Source: a virus
Lineage: Duplodnaviria; Caudoviricetes
Strand: one strand, 5' to 3'
DNA length: 64,000 bases
Virus record (IMG/VR): IMGVR_UViG_3300031251_000018
Coordinates: 1,177-65,176 of that record
The notes under the pieces were generated by a model that was not told the DNA's origin, made no database searches, and was given only the letters and a program-made list of their open reading frames with translations. Positions 8,465-18,385 of this stretch are shown piece after piece; position 1 is the first letter of the stretch; every line of letters starts with the position of its first letter. Position numbers and translations under genes: made by a program.

Positions 8465-10458
8465 TTGCCATACCTTTCGAGGATTTCGCCCTTGGCTTCG
8501 ACGGGAAGGCCGGGCGCCCATTCGGGCGACGTGTTCATGATCTTCTTGATCGCGGCGTAGCGGGCTTCGGCTTCCTTCTCGGGCACTTCGAAGATCAGTT
8601 CGTCGTGGACGGAGAGCACGAGATCACCGAGCCCCGCGGCGTCCACGGCGAGCGCCTGTTCGGCGACCACATCGCGGGCGACCGCCTGGGTGATATTTTC
8701 CGCTATTCGGCCGCCATAACTTCTGACGTTGCCCCATTTCTTGGTGACTTGGTTCACGCCGGAATATGTCACGGCGAATTCGGTTCGCTTGGTCGTCGCC
8801 GATTCATAAGGCTCCAGCCGAATGTCGCGGTAATAGAGCCGGCGACCGGATGGCAGGGTGATCGTCATCAGCGGCGAGCCGTTCCGTGAGGGCCAGATGT
8901 CGGCTCGGACAAGCTGATTGATCGCCGATCCTACAGGCACACCGGGTTTCGTCGCCGCAATCTGAATAAGCTGTTTGACGACGCGGTCGCACGCCCACCA
9001 GAACTGGACGATCCATTCGTTCGATTCGCGCCAGTTCGAAACAATCGACCGTGCGCGGTCTTCGTCAAAGGTCAAACCGTAGGTTGCAGCGGTGTCCACG
9101 AACTTGCTCGGACCCATGCCGTAGCCAAGGCCGAGAACCGCCACCTTGCCTTCCTGACGATCGTTCAATCCAAGTCGCTGCGCCGTGTAGGTATAAACGT
9201 CTTCACCGCGTGCGAACGTATCAAGGATGTCTTGCTGCCCAGCGAGATACGCAATCAACCGCGCCTCGATCTGTGAAAGATCGAAGACCACGAACTTCTT
9301 GCCCGGCCGCGGCACGATGCAACCACGAAGGCAGGAAGCGACGACGGCCAGCGGAGACCCGTAAAGGCAGTCGACGGCTTCGGCCCTCACCCCTTCTCCC
9401 GAGCACATAAATTTGATCGCGTCGTTGACCTTCTTGATCGACGGTCTTGGGAAGTTCTGCGGCTGGATCAGCCGGCCGCTCCAGCGACCCGTTCTCGACG
9501 CGCCGTAATAGGCGAGCGTGCCGCGAATGCAGTCGTCGTCTTCAACGGCGTTCAACATCGCCTTCAACTTGCGAACGGACGATTTCGCCGCAAGCTGCCT
9601 GATCTCCAGAAGGGTGCGGATCGCGAGATCAACCGGCCGCCCGAGCCACTCGGCGACTTCGCTGCGGGAGAGCGAGTCGATGTTACAGCCTTGCTCTTGC
9701 AGCCACAGGAGCATCTTTGCCGTTTCGGTGCCGGGTGACTTCACGGCTCCGCGGGTCAGTTCGATACATTCTTCCGCAAGCGAATATGTCGCTTGGTTCG
9801 CGACATCGATCATCCGGCGCACGAGATGAAGATCGAGCATCAGACCGCGTTGGTTTGACGCCCGGTCGAGCGCGGCGATCAGTCGTTCACGTTCGGGAAG
9901 CTCGGGGATGTTGCGCGCGATCTCGCGCTCGGCGTCCACGTCGCGCTCACAATAGGCGCGCAGCGCGGCGAGCTTCTCGGGCTCGTCTGTGTGCCAGTAG
10001 CTTTTGGTCATCACCCCTTTCTTTTTGGTGATGCGGGGTTTGGCCATCTGCATCATGAGCCGGTGCGCGGTAGCATCTTTGACAACGTCCAATTTGAGCG
10101 CGGGACCGGCGTCGCCGAGCGCACCGGGGAGACCGGCGTGCAGGGCGCGCTGCATCGTGCAGGATGCTTGTTCGGGCTCCAGCTTGAGCCCGAAGTAGTT
10201 GGTGAGGATCACATACTCGAAAGCAGCGTTCCAGGCGCGAAACTTCCCGCCCTTTTCGAGATGGTTCCTTACCTCGGGCGGCAAATAGCGTTCGCCGCTT
10301 TCGACGCAGTCCGTGGACCGAACTGCGTCTTCATCGAAGGCCCACGCCATCGTTGTAACAACGAGCGAGGGGTCTTTCGAGTATTTGCTGGCGCCGGTCT
10401 TACGCAGATCGGCCTCGCAGCAAGTTTCGAAATCGATCGACAGGATGGGCTCGGTCAT
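8461..10458 (-). CDS. polA: DNA polymerase family A (APSE-like) with 3'-5' exonuclease
   Basis: SIDFET, AWNAAFE, YCERDV, RTGRWSG, DLSQIEAR, GKVAVLGLGYG, ENITQAVARD, LSVHDE motifs. Confidence 0.95.
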   Translation of the reverse strand: MTEPILSIDFETCCEADLRKTGASKYSKDPSLVVTTMAWAFDEDAVRSTDCVESGERYLPPEVRNHLEKGGKFRAWNAAFEYVILTNYFGLKLEPEQASCTMQRALHAGLPGALGDAGPALKLDVVKDATAHRLMMQMAKPRITKKKGVMTKSYWHTDEPEKLAALRAYCERDVDAEREIARNIPELPERERLIAALDRASNQRGLMLDLHLVRRMIDVANQATYSLAEECIELTRGAVKSPGTETAKMLLWLQEQGCNIDSLSRSEVAEWLGRPVDLAIRTLLEIRQLAAKSSVRKLKAMLNAVEDDDCIRGTLAYYGASRTGRWSGRLIQPQNFPRPSIKKVNDAIKFMCSGEGVRAEAVDCLYGSPLAVVASCLRGCIVPRPGKKFVVFDLSQIEARLIAYLAGQQDILDTFARGEDVYTYTAQRLGLNDRQEGKVAVLGLGYGMGPSKFVDTAATYGLTFDEDRARSIVSNWRESNEWIVQFWWACDRVVKQLIQIAATKPGVPVGSAINQLVRADIWPSRNGSPLMTITLPSGRRLYYRDIRLEPYESATTKRTEFAVTYSGVNQVTKKWGNVRSYGGRIAENITQAVARDVVAEQALAVDAAGLGDLVLSVHDELIFEVPEKEAEARYAAIKKIMNTSPEWAPGLPVEAKGEILERYGK

Positions 10459-10800
10459 TTAATATCCGGTAATATGAGGATCGTTAAAGCGAACGTCATC
10501 GGATTCGCCGATACATTCACTTGACCACGCAGCGATAAAAGCTTCTTCCAGCGCGGGAGATTTTGGACCCATATACGCGACGCCAAGAGTGCCCTTGTGG
10601 TCGTAAATAAATGTTGCTGCGGAAAGAATGTAGATAGAAAGAGCAGCCCCATACTTCGCTTCAAGATAGCCATCAGCATAAGCAAGAGCCAGACGTAAGC
10701 GAGCATTGCGACGCTCGCAACTTTCGTAGTTATCAACTTTAATGCGCTGAAAGATGGATTCATACTCATCAAGCTCGGAAATGTCAGCGTGAGTTTTCAT
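10459..10800 (-). CDS. Hypothetical protein
   Basis: ATG at 10800 with GAGGA RBS; abuts polymerase start. Confidence 0.65.
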   Translation of the reverse strand: MKTHADISELDEYESIFQRIKVDNYESCERRNARLRLALAYADGYLEAKYGAALSIYILSAATFIYDHKGTLGVAYMGPKSPALEEAFIAAWSSECIGESDDVRFNDPHITGY

Positions 10801-10825
10801 TGGATTGTTCCTCTTCATTGAGTGT

Positions 10826-11242
10826 TTAGAGCGCCGCGAGAACCAAACCCCACGCAAAGATGAAAAACAGCGCGCCTTCCACGTATATCTGAAGGAAACG
10901 ATGCTCAAGAACCTCAACCGTCTTGTTCGCGAAGTAAGACGCTTGACTTGTCTTGAACGCGTAACTCTCGATCAGGACGGCGCGCTCGGCTTCAAGAATC
11001 TCGATCCGCTCGGCTTGAATCTGCCTCAAGGCGTTGGCGTCGCGGATGTCTTGCTCCAATTTCATGACGCGGTTCGCTGACATATCCCAACGATGCTCGG
11101 CGTTGAGGCGACGGTCCATCTCATAGTCGAGTTCGTCGGCCGTGCGATCATAAAGCCGCTGCCAGAAGAGGCAGGCTTTCCAGGCGTCGGCGGCGCGCTG
11201 ATTTCCCATAGAAGCGACAAGGTTCGAATAAATGCCAGACAT
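10826..11242 (-). CDS. Coiled-coil protein with C-terminal transmembrane helix
   Basis: ATG at 11242 after ACTGGAG RBS; C-terminal IYVEGALFFIFAWGLVLAAL. Confidence 0.65.
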   Translation of the reverse strand: MSGIYSNLVASMGNQRAADAWKACLFWQRLYDRTADELDYEMDRRLNAEHRWDMSANRVMKLEQDIRDANALRQIQAERIEILEAERAVLIESYAFKTSQASYFANKTVEVLEHRFLQIYVEGALFFIFAWGLVLAAL

Positions 11243-11314
11243 TGTTTTAGCTCCAGTTTGATTAACGACTCGAATTCGAACACGAATTTCGGTGCGACGT
11301 TTCATGGTGATTTC

Positions 11315-11614
11315 CTAGCGGTGGTGGCGGCGGTGACGACGCACCGGCGTATCGAGTTCGACGGCCGACGGATCGGCCATCTCGGTCGCAAGGACATTCA
11401 TGCGATCGAGCACTGGCCACGAGCCGACGTAGGGCGAGACCAGCACGCGCGGCTCATCGGCTTGACGCGGTTCGAATGCGTATGTTTGCGGCTCGGTCAC
11501 GCGCGGCTGGTTATCCACGAGCGATTGAATCGAGCCGGCAAGCACGATCGGAACGCCGAGCATCAACATCAATTGAGTAACGGGATCGTCGATCTTAACC
11601 ATTGAAACGTCCAA
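11315..11614 (-). CDS. Hypothetical membrane-anchored protein
   Basis: N-terminal hydrophobic stretch; in leftward operon. Confidence 0.5.
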   Translation of the reverse strand: MDVSMVKIDDPVTQLMLMLGVPIVLAGSIQSLVDNQPRVTEPQTYAFEPRQADEPRVLVSPYVGSWPVLDRMNVLATEMADPSAVELDTPVRRHRRHHR

Positions 11615-12220
11615 TCAGATTTTCGTGCGAAGCCAATTAAGCTCGGTCGGGCGGGAGAGGCTCATTTGATCGCGGGGTTCCCACACGAGCCAAACGAAGT
11701 CTTCCGTGCCACCGCCGGCCTTGTTGCCTTCGCGCAGCCATTCACCGGGCGGGCAAGAGACCCGCGGCGTGAGCAGCCAAACGCGCGACGGCGGGAATTC
11801 ATCGTAGAAACCCAATGCGCGCGCATCGCCGAAGAGGAATTTCGAAGGCGCGAAGATGCAGACCTTGCCGGGCACGATATCGAGCGCGTGCCGAGTAATA
11901 AGCTCGATCCCCTCGCCGCCGCCGAAGGGCGGGTTGCTGACGAAGTTGAAGCCGAGCGGCTCGCGCTTGGTCAGAAAGTTACGCTCGCCGTGGAACCAAG
12001 CCGGCGTGACAGGATGCCGGTCTTCGATGTCGCTGCCAACGGCGTTGAGACCCGCAGCGATGGCGCTCAGAACGATGTTGCCCTGGCCACAGCATCCATC
12101 CCATATCGAGTTGACCTCAAATTCCTCGACACGGAAAAGGGCTTCTGAAGCGCGGCGTTCTTCGACATACCATTCACGATTGGCGCGATCCCAGGTATGA
12201 GCTTGCTTCGGTTTCTTCAC
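11615..12220 (-). CDS. Phage amino (N6-adenine/N4-cytosine) DNA methyltransferase
   Basis: IWDGCCGQGNI (motif I), GSDI, VSNPPF (motif IV), FVWLVWE. Confidence 0.85.
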   Translation of the reverse strand: MKKPKQAHTWDRANREWYVEERRASEALFRVEEFEVNSIWDGCCGQGNIVLSAIAAGLNAVGSDIEDRHPVTPAWFHGERNFLTKREPLGFNFVSNPPFGGGEGIELITRHALDIVPGKVCIFAPSKFLFGDARALGFYDEFPPSRVWLLTPRVSCPPGEWLREGNKAGGGTEDFVWLVWEPRDQMSLSRPTELNWLRTKI

Positions 12221-12465
12221 GGCCGCGGCTCCTGATCCCAGGAGAACGTCGGCATGGAGACCTTGCGTTTCTTCGCGGTTTTGGATGTCAGACTGTTATA
12301 TTTACCGCATTCTGATTTAAGGAAGTGCCGTCGGGCAAATTCCGGGTCTTGCATCCGCGCCTGAAAAGCCCTGTTAGATTCTTGAAACTCCCGCGGTGTC
12401 GCGACGTATGGCGCGGATATATCATGTGCTTGGCCGCTAATCGGCCCAAGAGGCTTGCATGACAT
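12217..12465 (-). CDS. Hypothetical protein
   Basis: 82-aa ORF overlapping neighbours in operon. Confidence 0.5.
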   Translation of the reverse strand: MSCKPLGPISGQAHDISAPYVATPREFQESNRAFQARMQDPEFARRHFLKSECGKYNSLTSKTAKKRKVSMPTFSWDQEPRP

Positions 12466-12877
12466 TGTCTAATTCCTTCCAAAGATCGGGGTCGTTATCC
12501 CAAAGACGCCGCAGCAAGCCGCGATCCATCAGAACGGCGATCTGCTTTTGCGACAGCGGGTAGCCCCGGCGGATTTGCTTTGCGACGGAGGCGCAGAAAC
12601 CGACTTCAAAATCGTTGAAGGCGGGTGAGCGCCCGGCGACCCCCAGGAATTCGATAAGCTCCGAATCCGTAAGCTCCGAATATCTCGGGGGTCGCTTGTT
12701 CCAAGGATCGGGGGAGCGCATTACGCGTTCCCTTCGACCCTCGCGCTTAAAAACTCCGCGAGGGCTTTTGCTTGCTCGCTGGCGTCGTGCGATGACTTCG
12801 TTTGTGAAGTCCGTCAGCCGTTCCGAGATTTCGCTGGTGAAGGCTTCCGCCCGTTCCTTATCCGCGTTCGAAGACAT
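12437..12877 (-). CDS. Hypothetical protein
   Basis: ATG at 12877 with GGAG RBS; FNDFEVGFCASV..YPLSQKQ motif. Confidence 0.65.
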   Translation of the reverse strand: MSSNADKERAEAFTSEISERLTDFTNEVIARRQRASKSPRGVFKREGRRERVMRSPDPWNKRPPRYSELTDSELIEFLGVAGRSPAFNDFEVGFCASVAKQIRRGYPLSQKQIAVLMDRGLLRRLWDNDPDLWKELDNVMQASWAD

Positions 12878-13073
12878 AGGGCGCTCCGATCGGATAGTGG
12901 AAGTTGAGGCTGATCTTCTCGGAGACGGCGTCGGCCGCGGCGATCTCTTCGAACACGTATGTCGAGTCGCGCAACGCGGAGAGATCGAGGGATTTGCGAT
13001 ATTCAATCAATGCGCGGAACACGCATTGAACTTCACTCTCCGAGAGGGAGAGCGTTGCGGTCTTGGTGGTCAT
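12858..13073 (-). CDS. Hypothetical protein, first gene of the leftward operon
   Basis: ACTGGAG RBS upstream. Confidence 0.6.
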   Translation of the reverse strand: MTTKTATLSLSESEVQCVFRALIEYRKSLDLSALRDSTYVFEEIAAADAVSEKISLNFHYPIGAPYVFERG

Positions 13074-13228
13074 AACTAGCTCCAGTTCGGTAGAACGCGT
13101 CGGGTGGTTAGGCCGACGCGGACAACCAACCTGATACCAAAAATCGAATTCGTCAAGCGGGAGTAGACATGAAAAAGGGCGACCCGTCGCCGAGCCGCCC
13201 GCGGAAAACCAAGATGGTTAAGGAATGC

Positions 13229-13642
13229 TTACATGTCCCGGTATCGCGATGCGGCTTCATCAATGATCTGACCAATGCGTAGGCCATCGTCGATGGAGAG
13301 TATGACTTCCGAGCGTAAAATACACATACCGGGCTTGCCCGACACGAACTTGAGTTCGAACGGCGAAGGTGAAGACCCGAGATCGCGGATCGTGTCGCCG
13401 GGAAAAAGGTCGTCCCTTGTTGTCTTGAGGATTTTGCAGAGTTCATCGCGGATTTCTTCGTCGGGGAGGTTCCGCGCCTTAACCCATTGGTTAACTCTGT
13501 CTTTACCATACGGGACCACACGACCGTCGTTCGTTTTGAGGGACCGGCCCCACAGCCGCCGGGCGAGGTCGCTTTGCGACATATCGTTTTCATCCAACAA
13601 ACGGTTAAGCTTGTGGGCAAAATCGTTGAGCTTCTTTTGCAT
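13229..13642 (-). CDS. XRE-family HTH repressor (CI-like)
   Basis: LNRLLDENDMSQSDLARRL...VNQWVKARNLP...LCKILKTTRDDL; divergent from Cro-like gene. Confidence 0.8.
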   Translation of the reverse strand: MQKKLNDFAHKLNRLLDENDMSQSDLARRLWGRSLKTNDGRVVPYGKDRVNQWVKARNLPDEEIRDELCKILKTTRDDLFPGDTIRDLGSSPSPFELKFVSGKPGMCILRSEVILSIDDGLRIGQIIDEAASRYRDM

Positions 13643-13699
13643 TTTTTTCTCCGGGTTAAGGTCTAGGCCGAAGCCCAAGGAACCCAACGCAAGATCACG

Positions 13700-13892
13700 C
13701 TGTTGGAGAGAGTAGTAGGGTGAGTAGCTCACCGGGTCAACTACGGAATCTACTCACGCGTTGACCAACTCACCCCCCAAAAATGACGAAGGTATGAAAT
13801 TCGGGGTTGCATCTCACCGTTTTTCGGGAGTAGGGTGATTCTGTCAACTGAAACGACTCATCCCTACAAACCTACCTTTACAACGGCCTCGC
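13700..13892. promoter_or_regulatory. Divergent promoter/operator region of the genetic switch
   Basis: Between divergent HTH genes; GTAGGGTGA twice, an inverted variant ACTCATCCCTAC, and a GGTCAAC/GTTGACC dyad. Confidence 0.55.
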
Positions 13893-14135
13893 ATGTCTAA
13901 AAGCCCCAAGCTTCGCTGGAAATTCACCGAGTTAATCGATGCGCTAGGCGGGCCAAAGGCGACGGCCGATCTGATCTCCAAGAGGGGGATCGCGCCGCCG
14001 CCGATCGAGACGATCAAGGGCTGGCGATACCGCAACGTGATCCCCTCCGATTGGCTCCCGCTCATCATCATGATCGCCCAGGAAGAGAAGAAGCTTCTGC
14101 GGAACCTTCGCGGTCTATGGGGAGGGGTCGAATGA
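13893..14135 (+). CDS. Cro-like HTH regulator
   Basis: LIDALGGPKATA...IKGWRYRNVIPSDW pattern. Confidence 0.75.
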   Translation: MSKSPKLRWKFTELIDALGGPKATADLISKRGIAPPPIETIKGWRYRNVIPSDWLPLIIMIAQEEKKLLRNLRGLWGGVE

Positions 14136-14581
14136 TTATCATGGGCATCGACCCCGGCTCCGTGTCTGGGGCCTTCGCGATCATTGACACGACGGCCGGC
14201 TCGGCCCGCGTCGGTGATCTCCCGGTCGTGGAGAAGAACATCCACGCGGCAGAATTTGCGCGCTCAATCGGCGTCTACAACCCCGATGTGGCCGTGGTCG
14301 AGCGTGTCAACGCTTTCCCGAAGCAAGGCGTGTCGAGCGTGTTCGCGTTCGGCCGCGCCGTCGGGATCATCCATGGCGTTTTGGCGGCGTCCGACGTGCG
14401 GATTGAATTGGTCACACCGACCGTTTGGAAAAAGTTCTTCAAGCTCGGGCGCGACAAAGAAGCGTCGCGCGCTTTGGCGATCCGACTTTTCCCACAGGTT
14501 GCCGGGCTGCAACTGAAAAAGCATTCCGATCGCGCCGAGGCGCTCCTGATGGCGCATTGGTATAAGGAGCACGCGAAATGA
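14132..14581 (+). CDS. RuvC-like Holliday junction resolvase
   Basis: IMGIDPG, VVERV, QGVSSVFAFG, VTPTVWKK, DRAEALLMA. Confidence 0.9.
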   Translation: MIIMGIDPGSVSGAFAIIDTTAGSARVGDLPVVEKNIHAAEFARSIGVYNPDVAVVERVNAFPKQGVSSVFAFGRAVGIIHGVLAASDVRIELVTPTVWKKFFKLGRDKEASRALAIRLFPQVAGLQLKKHSDRAEALLMAHWYKEHAK

Positions 14582-15918
14582 ACGCGCCGCTCCGCGACTA
14601 CCAAGCCAAGGCGCTCTTTGCCGTTGCGCATGAAGGCTATCAATACCTCGGCCTTGAACAGGGTCTAGGGAAGTCTCGCATTCTAATCGAGTATGCGAAG
14701 CTGGAAGGGGCGCGTCGCATTCTTGTTTTCTGCCCGGCGAGCGTTCGGCTCTCGTGGGAGACCGAAGTTGCGAAATGGTGGAGCGATGCGCCGCCGGTCG
14801 TGCTGGTCAACTCTGTTAAGCAGATCACGAACCACCCCGGCATCTTTGTGATGTCATACGACCGGATCAGCCGTGGCGAGGACTACGTAAAGGCGATTGG
14901 ATTGGTCATGCCCTTCGACCTCGCCTTCGCTGACGAAGCTCATTACGCGAAAAATCTTGAGGCAAAGCGCACGAAGCATCTGTTCCGCGCCGTGCTACCA
15001 AAGGTCGGCAAGATGATCCTCGCATCTGGCACGCCTGCGCCGAACCACGCCGGCGAACTCTACCCGGCGCTGCGCTTCCTGGCGCCCGAGAAGATTATGA
15101 AGGCTGACGGTCGGCCGATGACGCAAACGCAGTTCGAAGATGCGTTTTGCAGAATCGAGCAGAAATTTTTCAATGGTCGCCAGACCCGCGTCATCACCGG
15201 ATCGCAGAACATCCCGGCGCTGCGCGAGCGGCTGAACGGGTTTCTCTTGCGGATGCGCAAGTCGGAAGTCCTCACCGAGTTGCCGCCGCTGGAATTCGTG
15301 CCGACGCCGCTTGCGCCGTCGCTTGCGGGTATAGAGGCGAATGCGTTGCGAGGTTATAGCGACATCCTGTCCGAGGATATGTCTGACGAACAAGTCCTCG
15401 CCGCTCTTGGCTCTATGGATGAGAACGCCGCGCGTCTTCGTGTCGCCCTCGGCGTCGCCAAAGCGAACGCCGCTATCGAATATATAGACGAGTTTATGGA
15501 CGGCTCTCAGAAGAAGATTGTCGTGTGGGCGATCCATCAGAATGTCATCGATATTCTGATGAGCGGATTGAAGCACCTGGGCGCAGTCAAGATAGACGGC
15601 CGCACCCCGGAGAAGGATCGCCGCTACGCGATTGCCGCATTCCTCGGCGACGCCAACACGCGCGTTTTCATCGGTAACATTCAAGCGGCGGGCACAGGGC
15701 TCACGCTTATCGGGCCGCAGTTCCCATGCTCCGACGCCTTCTTTGTCGAGAGCGATTATGTGCCCGGCAACAATCTTCAGGCGGCGGCTAGAATCCACCG
15801 CCTGGGGCAGCGCGACGGTGTGCTCGCGCGTGTCTTCTTTGCACGCAAAACGATTGATGATCGCGTGCAAAGCATCCTCGCGCGAAAGCAGAACGAACTC
15901 GCGCAGATTTTTAACTAG
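14578..15918 (+). CDS. SNF2-like (SF2) helicase
   Basis: LRDYQ, GLGKS, DEAHY, SGTP, AAGTGLTL, QAAARIHRLGQ. Confidence 0.92.
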   Translation: MNAPLRDYQAKALFAVAHEGYQYLGLEQGLGKSRILIEYAKLEGARRILVFCPASVRLSWETEVAKWWSDAPPVVLVNSVKQITNHPGIFVMSYDRISRGEDYVKAIGLVMPFDLAFADEAHYAKNLEAKRTKHLFRAVLPKVGKMILASGTPAPNHAGELYPALRFLAPEKIMKADGRPMTQTQFEDAFCRIEQKFFNGRQTRVITGSQNIPALRERLNGFLLRMRKSEVLTELPPLEFVPTPLAPSLAGIEANALRGYSDILSEDMSDEQVLAALGSMDENAARLRVALGVAKANAAIEYIDEFMDGSQKKIVVWAIHQNVIDILMSGLKHLGAVKIDGRTPEKDRRYAIAAFLGDANTRVFIGNIQAAGTGLTLIGPQFPCSDAFFVESDYVPGNNLQAAARIHRLGQRDGVLARVFFARKTIDDRVQSILARKQNELAQIFN

Positions 15919-15941
15919 GAAGGCGAAGGGGGTTCGCGAAC

Positions 15942-16538
15942 ATGAAGATTGAGATTGAAGGCGAAAGCGCAGAAGATATCGCGGCGAAAGTGATCTCGCT
16001 GGCGAAGCTGTTTGGCTTACAGGGTCAGCCGTCGTTCCGCTCCGACGACGGCGTCGTCACTGGCTCCGTGGCGGGCAAGCCCGATCCGACGGCGTTCGAA
16101 GACATCGGCGCGACGGCTGCGGCCGTCTCCGAGATCGTTGCGAAGCCGGAAGAGGCGCCGAAGACGCGCAGGGGTCGCCGCAGCAAGGACGCCGAGAAGG
16201 CGCTGACCGACCCCGGCGTTGATCCGTTGAGCGATAGCCATGCGCCGAAGAAGTCGAGCGGCGCTGATCTCGGCCTTGAGGCTGACGAAGGCGACGGTGA
16301 TCCGGCTCCCGAGCAACCCGCGAAGGCCGCCGACCCGGCGCACGAATACACGAAGGAAGATATGGCGAAGCTTCGCGACATCGTCAACGCACGCGTTGCC
16401 GAGGTTTATTCGCATCCCGGCGGCGCGGATAAGGTGTCGGCGCTCATCACAAAGGTCAACGGGAAGTGGGGCAAGCTGCGCGACCTCCCCGATGAAGTCT
16501 TCCCGAAGCTCGCCGACGAGTTGCAGATCGCGATTTGA
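15942..16538 (+). CDS. Hypothetical protein with low-complexity linker
   Basis: Acidic/Pro-Ala linker and C-terminal KLRDLPDEVFPKL domain; position typical of APSE-like replication modules. Confidence 0.75.
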   Translation: MKIEIEGESAEDIAAKVISLAKLFGLQGQPSFRSDDGVVTGSVAGKPDPTAFEDIGATAAAVSEIVAKPEEAPKTRRGRRSKDAEKALTDPGVDPLSDSHAPKKSSGADLGLEADEGDGDPAPEQPAKAADPAHEYTKEDMAKLRDIVNARVAEVYSHPGGADKVSALITKVNGKWGKLRDLPDEVFPKLADELQIAI

Positions 16539-16616
16539 AGCGCGTTGCGCCAAGCACTCCAAGCACATCGAAAGGTGTGCTTGCGGGGCTCTGACGCCCG
16601 AGTGTGAAGGAGAACT

Positions 16617-17060
16617 ATGATGCTTGATGAGAACACGCCGACCCCCGGCGAACACGACACGGCGAAGTCGCCGCCGAAGAAAAAGACGGGAACCGCGCTT
16701 TTGGTCCCGCCGCCTTTGCCGTCGGAACTTTCGCCCCGCGGTTTGTCGTTGGCGGCGGTCATGGATGACGCCTTCGTGAAGGTCTATAAGAGCGACGATT
16801 TGTTTCTTCGCTGCATCGAACCGATCCAGAGCGAAACGTCTTTCTCAGGAACGACGCGGGACGACAATATGTTTGCGCTGATGCGGCTGGTCGCTTGGTG
16901 CTCGAATATGGGCGAGCAGTATTTGCCGCTTGTCGATCTCATGCACAATGACATGCCCCGGCTGAAGAAGCTTTTTCACTCGGCGCGCGTTGCGCACGGG
17001 GTTGACGTGGCGTCTCGGCGCAAAGCTGCCCTGAAGGCGGTGGAAGGTAGCACCCATTAA
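16617..17060 (+). CDS. Hypothetical protein
   Basis: 147-aa ORF with AAGGAG RBS. Confidence 0.65.
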   Translation: MMLDENTPTPGEHDTAKSPPKKKTGTALLVPPPLPSELSPRGLSLAAVMDDAFVKVYKSDDLFLRCIEPIQSETSFSGTTRDDNMFALMRLVAWCSNMGEQYLPLVDLMHNDMPRLKKLFHSARVAHGVDVASRRKAALKAVEGSTH

Positions 17061-17065
17061 GACGA

Positions 17066-17095
17066 ACGGCGCTCCTGTGGGGCAGGAGCGCCGTT
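17066..17095. terminator. Stem-loop
   Basis: ACGGCGCTCCTG-TGGGG-CAGGAGCGCCGT. Confidence 0.5.
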
Positions 17096-17105
17096 ATAAC
17101 CGAAC

Positions 17106-18326
17106 GTGAAGGACGCCGCCGTGTATGATGCCCACGAACTAGCTGATCTCTTTCCTAGCATGGAAGAACCGGCGTTCCAAGACCTTGTCCGTGATATCCG
17201 CACGAACGGTCTGGTCGAGCCTATCACCCTGTTCAAGGGAAAGGTTCTTGACGGGCGTAACCGTCAGCGGGCGTGCGCGGAAGCCGGGGTAGAGCCTCGT
17301 TATGTTGAATTCCAAGGCGACGATCCGCGCGCCTTCGTGATCTCGAAAAACATCAACCGGCGGCACCTGACCGACAACGCGCGCACGCTGGTATGGGCGA
17401 GCCTTATGGAGTTTGAGCGGGGCGGGCAGATCGGAAACCAGAACGCAGCAAAAAACGAATCCTTCCAAAAGAAGGATTCGTTTTTCACCTGTGGCGAAGT
17501 CTCTAGGCGATCCGGCATCCCCACAATGACCTTGCAGCGCGCCAAAGCCATCAACACTAGCGGCGACCCTGACTTGATCGCGGCCGTGAAAGCCGGGCGG
17601 GAGACGATCACAGGCGGCGCGAAAAAGGTGTGGAAGGCGAAAGAAGCGGCGAAACCAAAATCCTCGCCCGAGCCGGCGGGGGAGAGCCCGACCCCCGGGG
17701 AAGCACGGCCTAACCCTCCGTCTCCTGAATTTGGTGAGGACGACAGCGAAATGTCCGGTAGCTTGCAGCAAGCGGAGAAGTTGGCTTTGGAGCTTATTGC
17801 TTCAGGACTGGAGCTACCGGCGAACGACTCTGAGATCGAGAGGCGAACGGGATGCCCGACGCGCGTTGCCCCGAAGGTTGCTGGTTTTTTGCGTGGGTTC
17901 TTGGCCGCCTCGAAAATTACGCCCGAAGCCGTCGAAAGCATGATTCGCGAAAAGCTGTGGGATTCGGTTATCCGCGAAGCCCGTTGGAAGATCGAGTTTG
18001 CCGAACAATATCACCCGGCGTATGGGCTTCCGAAAATTCCGTTGCGCCAAGAGGAATACAACACGCTATTGAAGTGCTTGCATCCTGACATGATCGCTCG
18101 GTTCAATGATCCTGACTTGACGGCGCGCTTCACTGAGGCGCTCGCCATCGTCAAAAAGCTAAAGCTGACGATCATGAAGCCCGACACGTTTCAGGGACAA
18201 CCGAAAACAGTGTTGCCATCCCTGGATGAATTTCTAGCAAAACGGAAGGCCGAAGCATCCGAACGCGCCAAGAAGGGCGCCGCGACACGCAAGGCCGGTA
18301 AGCACACCGCAGAAGCTTCCGCATAA
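17106..18326 (+). CDS. ParB/Srx N-terminal domain protein
   Basis: LVRDIRTNGLVEPI...VLDGRNRQRAC...SKNINRRHL; GGQIGNQNA. Confidence 0.85.
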   Translation: MKDAAVYDAHELADLFPSMEEPAFQDLVRDIRTNGLVEPITLFKGKVLDGRNRQRACAEAGVEPRYVEFQGDDPRAFVISKNINRRHLTDNARTLVWASLMEFERGGQIGNQNAAKNESFQKKDSFFTCGEVSRRSGIPTMTLQRAKAINTSGDPDLIAAVKAGRETITGGAKKVWKAKEAAKPKSSPEPAGESPTPGEARPNPPSPEFGEDDSEMSGSLQQAEKLALELIASGLELPANDSEIERRTGCPTRVAPKVAGFLRGFLAASKITPEAVESMIREKLWDSVIREARWKIEFAEQYHPAYGLPKIPLRQEEYNTLLKCLHPDMIARFNDPDLTARFTEALAIVKKLKLTIMKPDTFQGQPKTVLPSLDEFLAKRKAEASERAKKGAATRKAGKHTAEASA

Positions 18327-18385
18327 AAATAGCCTACCGAAACCCCGCTATAACTACGTCCGAAAGGTAGACAAGGTAGCCCAAC

